Shown here in pieces: positions 9,382 to 19,005 of a DNA stretch of 64,000 bases. Location of the stretch: contig JAHDOV010000004.1 in the NCBI GenBank assembly GCA_018434685.1, positions 348,808-412,807 of the forward strand, in the 5' to 3' direction. The position numbers and the translations under genes were made by a program. This DNA is from Deltaproteobacteria bacterium (GTDB lineage Bacteria; Desulfobacterota; Desulfomonilia; UBA1062). How positions within the stretch are numbered: the stretch's first letter is position 1; the number at the start of each line of letters is the position of its first letter. The notes under the pieces were generated by a model. The model did no database searches. It was given only the letters and a program-made list of their open reading frames with translations, and was not told the origin of the DNA.

Positions 9382-9810
9382 TCACCTGACCCTGAAGATG
9401 CGTCGTTCAAAGGCCAGCCTCCTGTTTGAAGGATAGAAATAATAGACAGCGTAGAGGCTCATCAAAACCGACCCCCCGAAGTACAGGTCCGGGAATTCGA
9501 ACCCATATGCCACCAGGCCCAGGTAGGGGGTGATCAATGCGATCCGGATCAGGTTGCGCTCGAAACGGATCAGTTCGGATGGTGTGGTGCTTGTCCTGAT
9601 GCGCAGCCGATAGGCAAAAACCGAGCGGTAAAAGACCGGTGCAGCAAGGGCAAAGAGCACGGATAACATGAAGATGACGGCTGCGAAAAGGGGCGGGTAC
9701 AGGAGGCCCTCCGGGGTGAAAGGTGATAGCTTGCAGGCGGAGATGAGGATGAACAGGATGATGGCCGGGATCAGGAGTAAAAAATAGGTCTTTCTCAGTG
9801 TGCCTGTCAT
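9382..9810 (-). CDS. small integral membrane protein (4 TM), hypothetical
   Basis: Internal start MTGTLRKTYFLLLIPAIILFILISA with four hydrophobic segments. Sits between cstA and the 98-aa gene on the same strand. Confidence 0.45.
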   Translation of the reverse strand: MTGTLRKTYFLLLIPAIILFILISACKLSPFTPEGLLYPPLFAAVIFMLSVLFALAAPVFYRSVFAYRLRIRTSTTPSELIRFERNLIRIALITPYLGLVAYGFEFPDLYFGGSVLMSLYAVYYFYPSNRRLAFERRIFRVR

Positions 9811-9878
9811 AGTCGATCCTTCCCTGAAAGCTCCGGAGGCGGAAGGACCCTGGTTGAAGGATCCTTCCGCCTGGTTTC

Positions 9879-11621
9879 TCAGATGGGTTCGGTAATATCC
9901 TCTGCAGAGAGGTTCCCATTGGTGCTGAAGAACTTGACCAGCCCTTCCACGGCGATCCACAGGGCGATAATCAGGATGATGACGTTGATCACCTGCAGGA
10001 GAACATTATTCTGCGTACCGAACTGGCCCTGGTTCAAGACGAGCGCCCAGATGGTCATGACGATCATGAAGACCGCAGGGGCCCCTGCAATGAGCCACTT
10101 CAGGCCGCCCTTGCTTTTGAGATACAGCGTAATGACAATGAGTGCCAGTCCCGCCAGCGTCTGATTGACGGCCCCGAAAAGGGGCCAGAGTTTCAAGGCA
10201 CCGTTTCCGCTGGCACCGGTTGCAAAGGCCAGGATTAACGCTGTTCCCACGGCAATTGCGGTGGCCACGTAGCGGTTGGTGAGAACATGGAGATGCAGGT
10301 CGCTGCAGAGCTCGGCAACCACATAGCGCTGGATGCGGGTGGCGGTATCAAGGGTGGTCCCGGCGAAAGACGCCACGAACACGCCCATGATCGTCAGCGC
10401 AATTCCCTTTGACAGGCCCAGGGCGGCAATCATATTGGCTGCGCCGTCCACGAAGGCACTGACCTTTGATCCAAGTCCTGCGGCTGCTGCCCAGGATGAG
10501 TAATGGGTGGTCCAGGCGGCCACGCCGGTGAGCACCTCTCCGCTCTTGGTGGTGTAGCCCATCCCGATGCCGGCGGAAACCGCTATGATGACCAGGGTGG
10601 CAAGGGTCCCTTCCAGCAGCATGGAACCATAGCCGACAAAGAGGGCATCCTGCTCGCTGCGAACCTGTTTGGCCGAGGTCCCGGAGGAGACCAGGGCGTG
10701 GAAGCCCGAGATGGCCCCGCAGGCGATGGTGATGAACAGGAACGGCCACATGGTCGGGGCCTGTGCCGGCGCAGACTGTATGGCAGGCGCAACGATTTCA
10801 AGCCCGCCGCTCATGGTGGAAACGATCACCCCCAGAATCAGGAGGGTCATGGCCACGACCAGCTGGTGTGAATTGATGAAATCCCGGGGCTGCAGCAGGG
10901 TGGTCACGGGCAGGGTCGAGGCAATAAAGGCATAGGTCAAAAGGATGATCGACCACACGCCGGTGGGCGGAATCCCGGCGATAGCGGGCATTTTCAGCGG
11001 CACATACGCGCCTATTACCACCGTGATGTACATGACGATGACGGCGATAATCGACCAGAGCATGACGTTGGCGCCTTTTTTATAGATGAGGTAGCCCAGG
11101 TAGACGGCAATGGGGATTTCCAGCCAGATAGGGATCACCGATTGTGGATACATGCTGAATATAATGGCGATGACCAGGCCGAATACGGCGATCACGATCC
11201 ACAGTTCCAGGAACACGATCAGGAAGAAAAAGATCTTGGTGCGGTTGTTGATGTATTTGGCAGTGTATTCCGAGATGGATTTTCCGGAATTGCGCATGGA
11301 GATAATGAGCGCGCCGAAATCATGGACAGCCCCCATGATGACACTGCCGAGGAATACCCAGATCAGTGCCGGGACCCATCCCCAGATGATGGCGATGGCC
11401 GGTCCGACAATCGGCCCTGTGCCGGCTATGGATGTGAAGTGGTGTCCGAAGATGACCTCTTTTTTTGTGGGGACATAATCGATGCCATCCTCAAATTCGT
11501 GGGCCGGGGTCTTGAATGAGGCCGAGAGTTTGAATATCCTGCTGCCGATAAACTCTCCGTAGAACTTATACATGATGATATAGCCGGCGAATGCCAAAAC
11601 CATGATCAGTAAAGCCTGCAT
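9879..11621 (-). CDS. cstA: carbon starvation protein A (peptide/pyruvate transporter family)
   Basis: Start MQALLIMVLAFAGYIIMYKFYGEF with AAGGAGG RBS. CstA N-terminal signature (HHFTSIAGTGPIVGPAIA) and multi-TM body. The listed ORF extends further upstream artefactually. Confidence 0.9.
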   Translation of the reverse strand: MQALLIMVLAFAGYIIMYKFYGEFIGSRIFKLSASFKTPAHEFEDGIDYVPTKKEVIFGHHFTSIAGTGPIVGPAIAIIWGWVPALIWVFLGSVIMGAVHDFGALIISMRNSGKSISEYTAKYINNRTKIFFFLIVFLELWIVIAVFGLVIAIIFSMYPQSVIPIWLEIPIAVYLGYLIYKKGANVMLWSIIAVIVMYITVVIGAYVPLKMPAIAGIPPTGVWSIILLTYAFIASTLPVTTLLQPRDFINSHQLVVAMTLLILGVIVSTMSGGLEIVAPAIQSAPAQAPTMWPFLFITIACGAISGFHALVSSGTSAKQVRSEQDALFVGYGSMLLEGTLATLVIIAVSAGIGMGYTTKSGEVLTGVAAWTTHYSSWAAAAGLGSKVSAFVDGAANMIAALGLSKGIALTIMGVFVASFAGTTLDTATRIQRYVVAELCSDLHLHVLTNRYVATAIAVGTALILAFATGASGNGALKLWPLFGAVNQTLAGLALIVITLYLKSKGGLKWLIAGAPAVFMIVMTIWALVLNQGQFGTQNNVLLQVINVIILIIALWIAVEGLVKFFSTNGNLSAEDITEPI

Positions 11622-12098
11622 ACGTACACCTCCTTGAAATTGAATTGCCTGCCCCTGAAATCTCACATGGTGACAGGTTCCAGCCATGTAAGACCATTGC
11701 AGAATTGATTGGATGTTATTCGAAGGAGTTCCGGCTGTGGTGACACAATTCTGCCCTATACCTGTGGTGCCTTCACAGATGAGGGATGCGGGTGTCCTGA
11801 AGCAATTCCAACACGTACAGAGAAATACGAATCCCCTGGTTGGCGAGAGATCACGATGTTGAACGGTCATCTCGCGCTGACCACGTATGACCAAGTCTGC
11901 CACAGGAAGAGGCAGATGACAAGCATATGTTTGCCTGGAGGGTAGATTATTGTCCAGCCTGTCCGCTTCTTTTGCCAAGGATGAAGTGGTATCTTGATCG
12001 CCTTTTGACAACGACTATATAGTGTGTCATGGGAGTCCTTCTTTGAGGTATTGCATGAAGTTTGCGTTTTAACGGATGCCCGTCAAGGAGATAAAACG

Positions 12099-12551
12099 AT
12101 GTCATTAGGGACAACACAATCACAGAAGCTGTTCAACATGGTGCTGCAGGTCATCATCAATATCCTCGTGGCCTACATCATCATCGTCATGGTCATAGGC
12201 CTTGGGAAGACCCTCTTTGGCATCAGGTCTCTCCTGATATGGGGGCCCATCGGCAGTGCGTTCTCCTCTGTCGTAACAGAGATCCTCACCTTTCTGGTGA
12301 TCATCGAGCTGTTCAGGAGCTTCATCGCGTATTTCAAGGAACACCGGATCAGACTCAACAACATGATGGACCCTGCAATAATCTTTGTCATCAGAGAGCT
12401 CATCGTGAGGCTGTACACGCACGATGAGCTCGAGTGGCAGACCCTCGTGGGGTTCAGTGTCCTCATCCTTTCCCTTGGCACGGTTCGGTCCATGGCCATC
12501 CGGTTCAGTCCGGGCGACAGGGGCGATGACGCGGTACCGGGAAAGGCCTGA
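12099..12551 (+). CDS. psiE: PsiE-family (phosphate-starvation-inducible E) membrane protein
   Basis: RBS AAGGAG 8 nt before ATG 12099. Four-TM layout with IIELFRSFIAYFKEHRIRL and IIFVIRELIVRL segments resembling PsiE. Confidence 0.55.
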   Translation: MSLGTTQSQKLFNMVLQVIINILVAYIIIVMVIGLGKTLFGIRSLLIWGPIGSAFSSVVTEILTFLVIIELFRSFIAYFKEHRIRLNNMMDPAIIFVIRELIVRLYTHDELEWQTLVGFSVLILSLGTVRSMAIRFSPGDRGDDAVPGKA

Positions 12552-12627
12552 TAAGGGACGGTCCCGCCACGACCGGGGGATTGCTGCAGGCACCCTTCTA
12601 TCGGCAGCCTTGTGCTGTCATTGCGGC

Positions 12628-13356
12628 CTAATCCGTGCCGCGAGCAGGGTCCTCGTTGATGGGGCCATCCGGGGTGAAGAGCCAGTGGAAGAATTTCCCC
12701 AGGCCCTTCCTGCCGGCTTTGGGGCTCTTGCCTGGCCCGGCCGGGGGTGGTGAGGCTTCGGCTTCGCCGCTTTTCACGGCTGCCGGTGCCCCGGTGTCAG
12801 CCCCGGTGCCCAGGGCTCTGCTGCCAGGAAGGTCTTCTTCCTGTTCCAGTCCCTTGATCAGATCATCCGCGCTGATGCTCAGCTGCATGTAATTTTTGCT
12901 GAAGGTCACCCTGAGCACCTTTCTGATGCCCGTTTCTTCCCACCGGAACTGATCGGCCCCGAAGGTCTCAAAGGAGTAGGCGAAGGTGGTCTTGCCGAAC
13001 CAATCGTGGCAGAGCTGACGGAAGGTAAGGAAGTTCCCGCTGTCCCGTCCCGGGGAGCGTCCGGCTTCGACCTCCACCGGTGCCTCGATGATGACCTCGA
13101 CAAGGTGGTCCCGGTAAGCCCGGTAGGTGATGGAGGTGAGCTGGGCAGCTCCCATGGTGAGAGCCTCTTTGTCCCGGACATAGGAGCAGGAATCTTCTTT
13201 ACAGGAGGTCTGCCGCATATCCGGGTGGGTGGACAGGGCAGTGCCCCAGGGTATGCCGCGGAATGTCTCGTCGCCGGGTGCCTCTGCGCGGACATCAGGT
13301 GCAGAGATCATTACGAATACAAGGGAAAGGAACACCAGTACGCGTGCACTTCTCAT
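12628..13356 (-). CDS. secreted hypothetical protein with low-complexity Pro/Ala/Gly-rich C-terminus
   Basis: Internal start MRSARVLVFLSLVFVMISAPDVRA is a signal peptide. Confidence 0.45.
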   Translation of the reverse strand: MRSARVLVFLSLVFVMISAPDVRAEAPGDETFRGIPWGTALSTHPDMRQTSCKEDSCSYVRDKEALTMGAAQLTSITYRAYRDHLVEVIIEAPVEVEAGRSPGRDSGNFLTFRQLCHDWFGKTTFAYSFETFGADQFRWEETGIRKVLRVTFSKNYMQLSISADDLIKGLEQEEDLPGSRALGTGADTGAPAAVKSGEAEASPPPAGPGKSPKAGRKGLGKFFHWLFTPDGPINEDPARGTD

Positions 13357-13691
13357 GGTATGTTCTCCTGACTGGATTCTTGAACGTTCCATAGCACACC
13401 CGCAACGTCTGTGCGTAGTCTTTTTTCCGGGCTCCCTTTCCTGCGGGGGTTTTTCTCGATGCTCCTCATCCAAGGCTCTGTTCCTTAAGGGGATTGTCGT
13501 CATGCCGCAAGAATATGCAGCGGGAGACCGCCAGGTTTATCGCTCGGTCTTGAGCGCTGTCGATAGGTGCGCACCAGGGCAAGGTATCGCTTCCCTGGCC
13601 GGACCGGGGCATGCTAAAGCACTGGCTTGAGAATCGGGCACGGGGGTGCGTGGTCAGGTGCCTGATGCGGAAAACGAGGGGAGGATACAAC

Positions 13692-14159
13692 ATGGAAGAA
13701 AGGAACGAAGAGGGGGCCACAGGGCCTCACCTGTTCGCGATGGAGGGCTGGATCAGCACGGCCCCGTTTGAACGGCTTCTCCATATGGAGATTGTCGATG
13801 CAGCCGATGGAAGGGCGGTGCTTACCATGCCTTTTCTCGTCGATCTGGCCCAGGGCGCCGGCATCATGCACGGGGGCGCTCTGCTGAGCCTGGCGGATAC
13901 GGCGGTGGTCATGGCGATAAAAAGCCTCCTGCCGCCCGGGACCCACTTCGGCACCATCTCTGCGGATGCCAGGTTTCTCTATCCGGTCAGGCAGGGCACT
14001 GTCATTGCGAAGGCGCAGGTGACCGGTCAACAGGACCGGACCCTCACGGGAGAGGCAACGGTGTTCAATGAAGAAGGAAGGCCGGTTATGGAATTCCTTG
14101 CCACCTTCAGGATTGCACGGGACAGTGCCATTCGGCAGATCACCTTCCCCGACGAATGA
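13692..14159 (+). CDS. PaaI-family hotdog-fold thioesterase
   Basis: GAGGGGAGGA RBS before ATG 13692. Hotdog signature HGGALLSLADTAVVMA. Confidence 0.7.
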   Translation: MEERNEEGATGPHLFAMEGWISTAPFERLLHMEIVDAADGRAVLTMPFLVDLAQGAGIMHGGALLSLADTAVVMAIKSLLPPGTHFGTISADARFLYPVRQGTVIAKAQVTGQQDRTLTGEATVFNEEGRPVMEFLATFRIARDSAIRQITFPDE

Positions 14160-14294
14160 GGCCTTGATCCGAGGGCTTTTGTTCTTCTTCTCAAGGCCCG
14201 GGACTCAGTGGCGGGAAGCCGCCAGACTCCTGTCGTGCCGCCATGGCTACGAGCTTCTGGGGTGAATCACAGGATAATATAGCATGATAAATTT

Positions 14295-14308
14295 ATAGAT
14301 TGATCTAT
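14295..14308 (+). promoter_or_regulatory. palindrome ATAGAT-TG-ATCTAT in the AT-rich promoter region of the fad operon; candidate regulator site
   Basis: Perfect 6-bp inverted repeat about 80 nt upstream of the fadD start. Confidence 0.3.
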
Positions 14309-14388
14309 CTTTAAGGTTGAAAAACCATGAGAATGCATATAATAGTATTGACATACAATAATACAATTACTGGGGAGGGCTCTTTGTC

Positions 14389-16014
14389 ATGATGGACTAT
14401 GCGTTGCTTCTGCGGACGTTTCTTCTCAGGTCTGCCAAATACTTTGCCAAGAAAGAGATCGTCTCGGTGTATCCCGACAGTGTATTCCGCTACACCTATG
14501 GCGACTACTACAAGCGGGTTTGCCAGCTCGCACACGCGCTGAAATCCCTGGGGATAGGGCGCGGCGACCGGGTGGCCAGCGTGGCGCTCAATGATCACCG
14601 GCACCTGGAGCTGTACTTCGGTGTGCCGTGCTACGGTGCGGTGCTCCATACCGTGAATTTCCGGCTGCCGCAGAACCACCTGGTCTACATCATCAATCAT
14701 GCCGAAGACCAGGTCCTCTTTGTGGACGCAGACCTGCTCATATTCGTGGAGCTGGTGAAAGACCAGCTCAAGACGGTCAAGAAGATCGTTGTGCTTTCCC
14801 AGACCGGCAAGATGCCGGAAACCAGCCTGGAAAATGTGGTGCTCTATGACGATCTGATCAAGGATTTCCCCGAGGAATACGACTTCCCGATCGACCTGGA
14901 TGAGAACGCCCCGGCGGTCATGTGCTATACCTCAGCCACCACCGGTGACCCCAAGGGGGTTATGTATTCCCACCGGGCCATCGTGCTCCACAGCTACGCC
15001 GTGGCTGTCACCCTGGGCGCCAGTGAAGCAGACTGTATTCTGCATATCGTGCCCATGTTCCATGCCAATGCGTGGTGTGCCCCGTTTGCCGCTGTGGGCG
15101 CGGGGTGCAAACAGGTGCTGCCCGGCAGGGAAGTGATCAACATGGAAAAGCTCTGCAGGACGATTGCAGAGGAAAAGGTCACCTTCACGGCAGGTGTGCC
15201 CACGATCTGGATGCTGCTGTACGACTATCTGGAAAAAGGCGGCTGGCACGATTTCTCTTCCTTTAAAACTATTGTCAGCGGCGGAGCGGCCCTGCCGAAG
15301 AAGCTGCTTATTGAATTCAATGAAAAGTACAACTTCCCCATCAAGCAGGCGTACGGTTCCACAGAGACCACCCCGCTTGCAACCGCAGCAATCCCCAAGA
15401 GCTATATGACCGACTGGAGCGACGAGGATCTCTACGATCTGCGTTGCAGTGTCGGCCTGATCGCCCTGGGTCTGGAATTGAAGATCGTCAACGATGCGGG
15501 CAATGAGGTGAAGATGGATGGCAAGGAATGGGGGGAGATTTGGCTGAGGGGGCCGTGGATTGCCAACGAGTATTACAAGGACCCCGAGCGCTCGGCACAG
15601 ACCTTTATTGACGGGTGGTTCCACACCGGCGACGTGGGCACCATCGACGACGAGGGCTATGTCAGGCTCGTGGACAGGACAAAAGATCTGGTCAAGAGCG
15701 CGGGCGAATGGATCTCTTCGGTGGACCTGGAAAACACTATCATGTCGCACCCCAAGGTCATGGAGGCGGCGATCATCGGCGTGCCTCACCCCAAGTGGCA
15801 GGAACGCCCCCTTGCCTGCGTCACAGCCTCGCCTGGCGAGACAGTGAGTGCGGACGAGCTGAAAGCATTCCTGAAAGACAAGGTCCAGGCAGCGTACTGG
15901 ATCCCGGATGATTTTATCTTCCTGCCCGAGATCCCCAAGACGAGTGTGGGCAAGTTCAACAAGCGAGAGCTGCGCAGGCTCTACGCAGAAGGCCAGCTGA
16001 TTTCAAAATCATGA
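14389..16014 (+). CDS. fadD: long-chain/medium-chain fatty acid-CoA ligase (AMP-dependent synthetase)
   Basis: AMP-binding motifs YTSATTGDPKGV, YGSTETT, GWFHTGDVG and C-terminal VGKFNKRELR. Confidence 0.9.
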   Translation: MMDYALLLRTFLLRSAKYFAKKEIVSVYPDSVFRYTYGDYYKRVCQLAHALKSLGIGRGDRVASVALNDHRHLELYFGVPCYGAVLHTVNFRLPQNHLVYIINHAEDQVLFVDADLLIFVELVKDQLKTVKKIVVLSQTGKMPETSLENVVLYDDLIKDFPEEYDFPIDLDENAPAVMCYTSATTGDPKGVMYSHRAIVLHSYAVAVTLGASEADCILHIVPMFHANAWCAPFAAVGAGCKQVLPGREVINMEKLCRTIAEEKVTFTAGVPTIWMLLYDYLEKGGWHDFSSFKTIVSGGAALPKKLLIEFNEKYNFPIKQAYGSTETTPLATAAIPKSYMTDWSDEDLYDLRCSVGLIALGLELKIVNDAGNEVKMDGKEWGEIWLRGPWIANEYYKDPERSAQTFIDGWFHTGDVGTIDDEGYVRLVDRTKDLVKSAGEWISSVDLENTIMSHPKVMEAAIIGVPHPKWQERPLACVTASPGETVSADELKAFLKDKVQAAYWIPDDFIFLPEIPKTSVGKFNKRELRRLYAEGQLISKS

Positions 16015-16066
16015 TAAGCAGATTCCATCGAGATGAAATGATGCGGTAAAACGCCAGGAGGACCAT

Positions 16067-17218
16067 ATGTCGTTATTGGAGAAACATTATACTGATGAGC
16101 ATCGCCTCTTTCGCGATGCGGTGAGAAGATATTTTGCCAAAGAGGTCACCCCCAAGGCGGACCAGTGGGAAAAGGACGGCATAGTCCCCCGCGAGGCCTG
16201 GAAGAAGCTCGGAGAGCAGGGCTTCCTCTGTCCGTGGCTGCCGGAAGAATACGGCGGTGTGGGGGCTGATTTCCTCTACTCGTTCATCCTCACCCAGGAA
16301 CTGGCCAGGACCAACTGCACCGGATTTTTCTTCCCGCTCCACTCCGATATCATCGTGCCGTATCTCTACAGCTTCGGCAACGAGGAGCAGAAGAAACGGT
16401 GGCTTCCGGGGTGCGTAACCGGCGATATCATCACCGCGGTCGCCATGACCGAGCCGGGCACGGGCTCGGATCTGGCCGCCATGCGTACAACAGCTATCAG
16501 GCAGGACGACCACTACATCATCAACGGTCAGAAGACGTTCATATCCAACGGCGTCAGCTGTGACCTGGTAATCGTTGCCGCGGTGACGAACCCGAAGGCC
16601 TCCTCGCCCTATGAGGGGATGTCGTTGATCGTCGTGGAGGATGGCACCCCTGGGTTCGAGAAAGGGAGAAAGCTCGACAAGATCGGCCTTCACTCGCAGG
16701 ATACCGCAGAGATGGCCTTTGTGGACTGCAAGGTCCCGGTGGAAAACCTGCTTGGCCAGGAGGGTCTCGGTTTCTACTACCTCATGGAAAAGCTCCAGCA
16801 GGAACGGCTCGTCTGTGCCATGGGCTCGCAGGTGGGCGCCGAGGAGGCTCTGCGCATAACCATCGAGTACACCAAGACCAGGGAGGCGTTCGGCAGGCCC
16901 ATCAGCCGGTTCCAGTACATCTCGTTCGAGCTCGCAAAGATGGCCACCGAGGTGGAGATCGGCAGGGCCTTTCTCGAGAGCTGCCTGATCGACCACCTGG
17001 ACAAAAAGCTCGACGTGAAGCGGGCCTCCATGGCCAAATACTGGATCTGCGAGATGCTCAACAGGGTGGTCTCTCAGTGTGTCCAGTTCCACGGCGGCTA
17101 CGGCTACATGGAGGAATACCCCATCGCGCGCATGTTCCGCGATGCCCGGGTCCAGACCATCTATGCCGGGACGTCGGAGATCATGCTGCTCATCATCAGC
17201 AGGCAGCTGGGGTTGTAG
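16067..17218 (+). CDS. acyl-CoA dehydrogenase
   Basis: 383 aa with ACAD fold motifs (AMTEPGTGSDLAAMRTTA, FHGGYGYMEEYPIARMFRDARV). Confidence 0.9.
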   Translation: MSLLEKHYTDEHRLFRDAVRRYFAKEVTPKADQWEKDGIVPREAWKKLGEQGFLCPWLPEEYGGVGADFLYSFILTQELARTNCTGFFFPLHSDIIVPYLYSFGNEEQKKRWLPGCVTGDIITAVAMTEPGTGSDLAAMRTTAIRQDDHYIINGQKTFISNGVSCDLVIVAAVTNPKASSPYEGMSLIVVEDGTPGFEKGRKLDKIGLHSQDTAEMAFVDCKVPVENLLGQEGLGFYYLMEKLQQERLVCAMGSQVGAEEALRITIEYTKTREAFGRPISRFQYISFELAKMATEVEIGRAFLESCLIDHLDKKLDVKRASMAKYWICEMLNRVVSQCVQFHGGYGYMEEYPIARMFRDARVQTIYAGTSEIMLLIISRQLGL

Positions 17219-17667
17219 AGAAGCTGCATGAAGTACCATGGGAATCGGTATGCGTCCGGCCCAGCAGCGCCCGGGCGCCGAGATGAAGAGGTCTCTCAGT
17301 GTGGTCAAAGGGGGGGTCCGGGGAGAACGCCGGAAACCCAGGGAGTGTTTCAGCAGGTGCTGGTTGTTATTGTTTCCCCCTGAGGGGATGAGGGTTTCCT
17401 ATGGCCCTTGGCGGTACTACTTGTAATGTGAGTTCGTTGGAATGGGGTAGGGGGGATGCAAGGTGGGCATGCCCCCCGACAGTTTCAGTCTCGATGACAC
17501 GTGAGGAGTAATGAACGGGAGCTGGCGCCCTGAAAGTTGCACAGTGCAGGCGGCAAACCCGGATCAACAGGAAGCGGTATGCATCAAAGACACGACATGA
17601 CATAAAATCTCACCAGACATCTCTGGTACTTTTTACATCTTATAGAACGAAGGAGGGGCTTGATCAG

Positions 17668-18984
17668 ATGGCAAAAAAGGCAGGAGGCAATTCGGTAAGG
17701 GTAGCGGTAATCGAGGGATGCAGGACGCCGTTTCTCCGTTCCGGGACCGGGTATTACGATCTCATGGGATGGGAGATCGGCCGGTATGCCGTGAAGGGGC
17801 TCATGGTGAAGACAGGGTTATCGCCACAGGAGGTGGACCATGTCCTGATGGGGTGTGTGGCAAATGATATCGCCACGACCAATGTGGCCCGGGAGATTTC
17901 GCTTGGGGCAGGGCTGCCCAACGATATTCCGGCACACACCTGTACGGTCGCGTGCATCTCCGCGAACATGGCCGTCACGAACGGGGCCAACCTCATTGCA
18001 ACGGGCAACGCGGACGTGGTGGTCGCCGGCGGGGTCGAGACCTTTTCCGACCCGGCCATCAAGGTGTCGAAGAGATATCGCCGCTTTATCCTGGATATGA
18101 CCATGTACAACCGCCCCAAGACCTTTGCCGGGAAGCTCAACCTGCTCAAGAAGATGAGCCCGCTCGACTTTGTCATGCCGGAACGGCCTGCTATCTCGGA
18201 ATATTCCACCGGGCTTATCATGGGCCAGACCGCTGAGCGCCTGGCAAAACGGCTCGGGATTACCCGGCTCGAACAGGATGAGTATGCCCAGATGTCACAC
18301 CATCGTGCAGCCAGGGCCCTCGAAGAGGGCAGGCTGGCCAAGGAGATCGTCCCGGTCGTCGTACCGGGCAAGGACAGGGCGGTCACCCTGGACAACGGGC
18401 CCCGCAAGGAAACCACCGTGGAGAAGATCGGCAAGCTCAAGGGTGCCTTTGACCGGAAATACGGGACGGTCACCGCGGCAAATTCATCCTTCCTCACCGA
18501 CGGGGGATCTGCCGTGCTTCTCATGAGCGAGGAGAAGGCCCGCAGCCTGGGACTGAAGCCCAAGGCCTTCATCAGGTCCTTTGCCTATACGGCCCAGGAT
18601 CTCTTTGACGAGCTTCTGCTCGGCCCGTGTTTTTCCATCCCCAGGGCCCTGGAAAAGGCGGGACTCAAGTTTTCCGATATCGGGGTGTTCGAGATCCACG
18701 AGGCCTTTTCTGCGCAGATGATCGGGAATCTCAAGTGCCTGAGCTCCAAGACCTTTGCCCAGGAAAGGCTCGGCCTGTCGCAGGCCGTGGGCGAGATCGA
18801 TATGGACAAGCTCAACCGCTACGGCGGATCGCTCTCCCTGGGGCATCCCTTCGGTGCTACCGGCGGCAGGCTGATCACCACCTGCTGCAACAGGCTTATC
18901 GACGAAGGGCAGCAGTTCGGCATCGTTGCAGGGTGCGCAGCCGGTGCCGTGGGCAACACCATTATCTTTGAAAATGCGAACTAA
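17668..18984 (+). CDS. fadI: 3-ketoacyl-CoA thiolase (FadI/FadA-like)
   Basis: Thiolase N-terminus VAVIEGCRTPF, active-site Cys region CTVACISANMA, C-terminal GAAGAVGNTIIFE. Paired with a FadJ-like gene downstream. Confidence 0.85.
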   Translation: MAKKAGGNSVRVAVIEGCRTPFLRSGTGYYDLMGWEIGRYAVKGLMVKTGLSPQEVDHVLMGCVANDIATTNVAREISLGAGLPNDIPAHTCTVACISANMAVTNGANLIATGNADVVVAGGVETFSDPAIKVSKRYRRFILDMTMYNRPKTFAGKLNLLKKMSPLDFVMPERPAISEYSTGLIMGQTAERLAKRLGITRLEQDEYAQMSHHRAARALEEGRLAKEIVPVVVPGKDRAVTLDNGPRKETTVEKIGKLKGAFDRKYGTVTAANSSFLTDGGSAVLLMSEEKARSLGLKPKAFIRSFAYTAQDLFDELLLGPCFSIPRALEKAGLKFSDIGVFEIHEAFSAQMIGNLKCLSSKTFAQERLGLSQAVGEIDMDKLNRYGGSLSLGHPFGATGGRLITTCCNRLIDEGQQFGIVAGCAAGAVGNTIIFENAN

Positions 18985-19005
18985 GACCATACGGAGGCAA
19001 GCGCT

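Noticed and set aside
12005-12030. TTGACA hexamer upstream of psiE considered as a sigma-70 -35 box.
   Set aside because: No acceptable -10 hexamer at 16-18 nt spacing (the TATATA is only 6 nt away).
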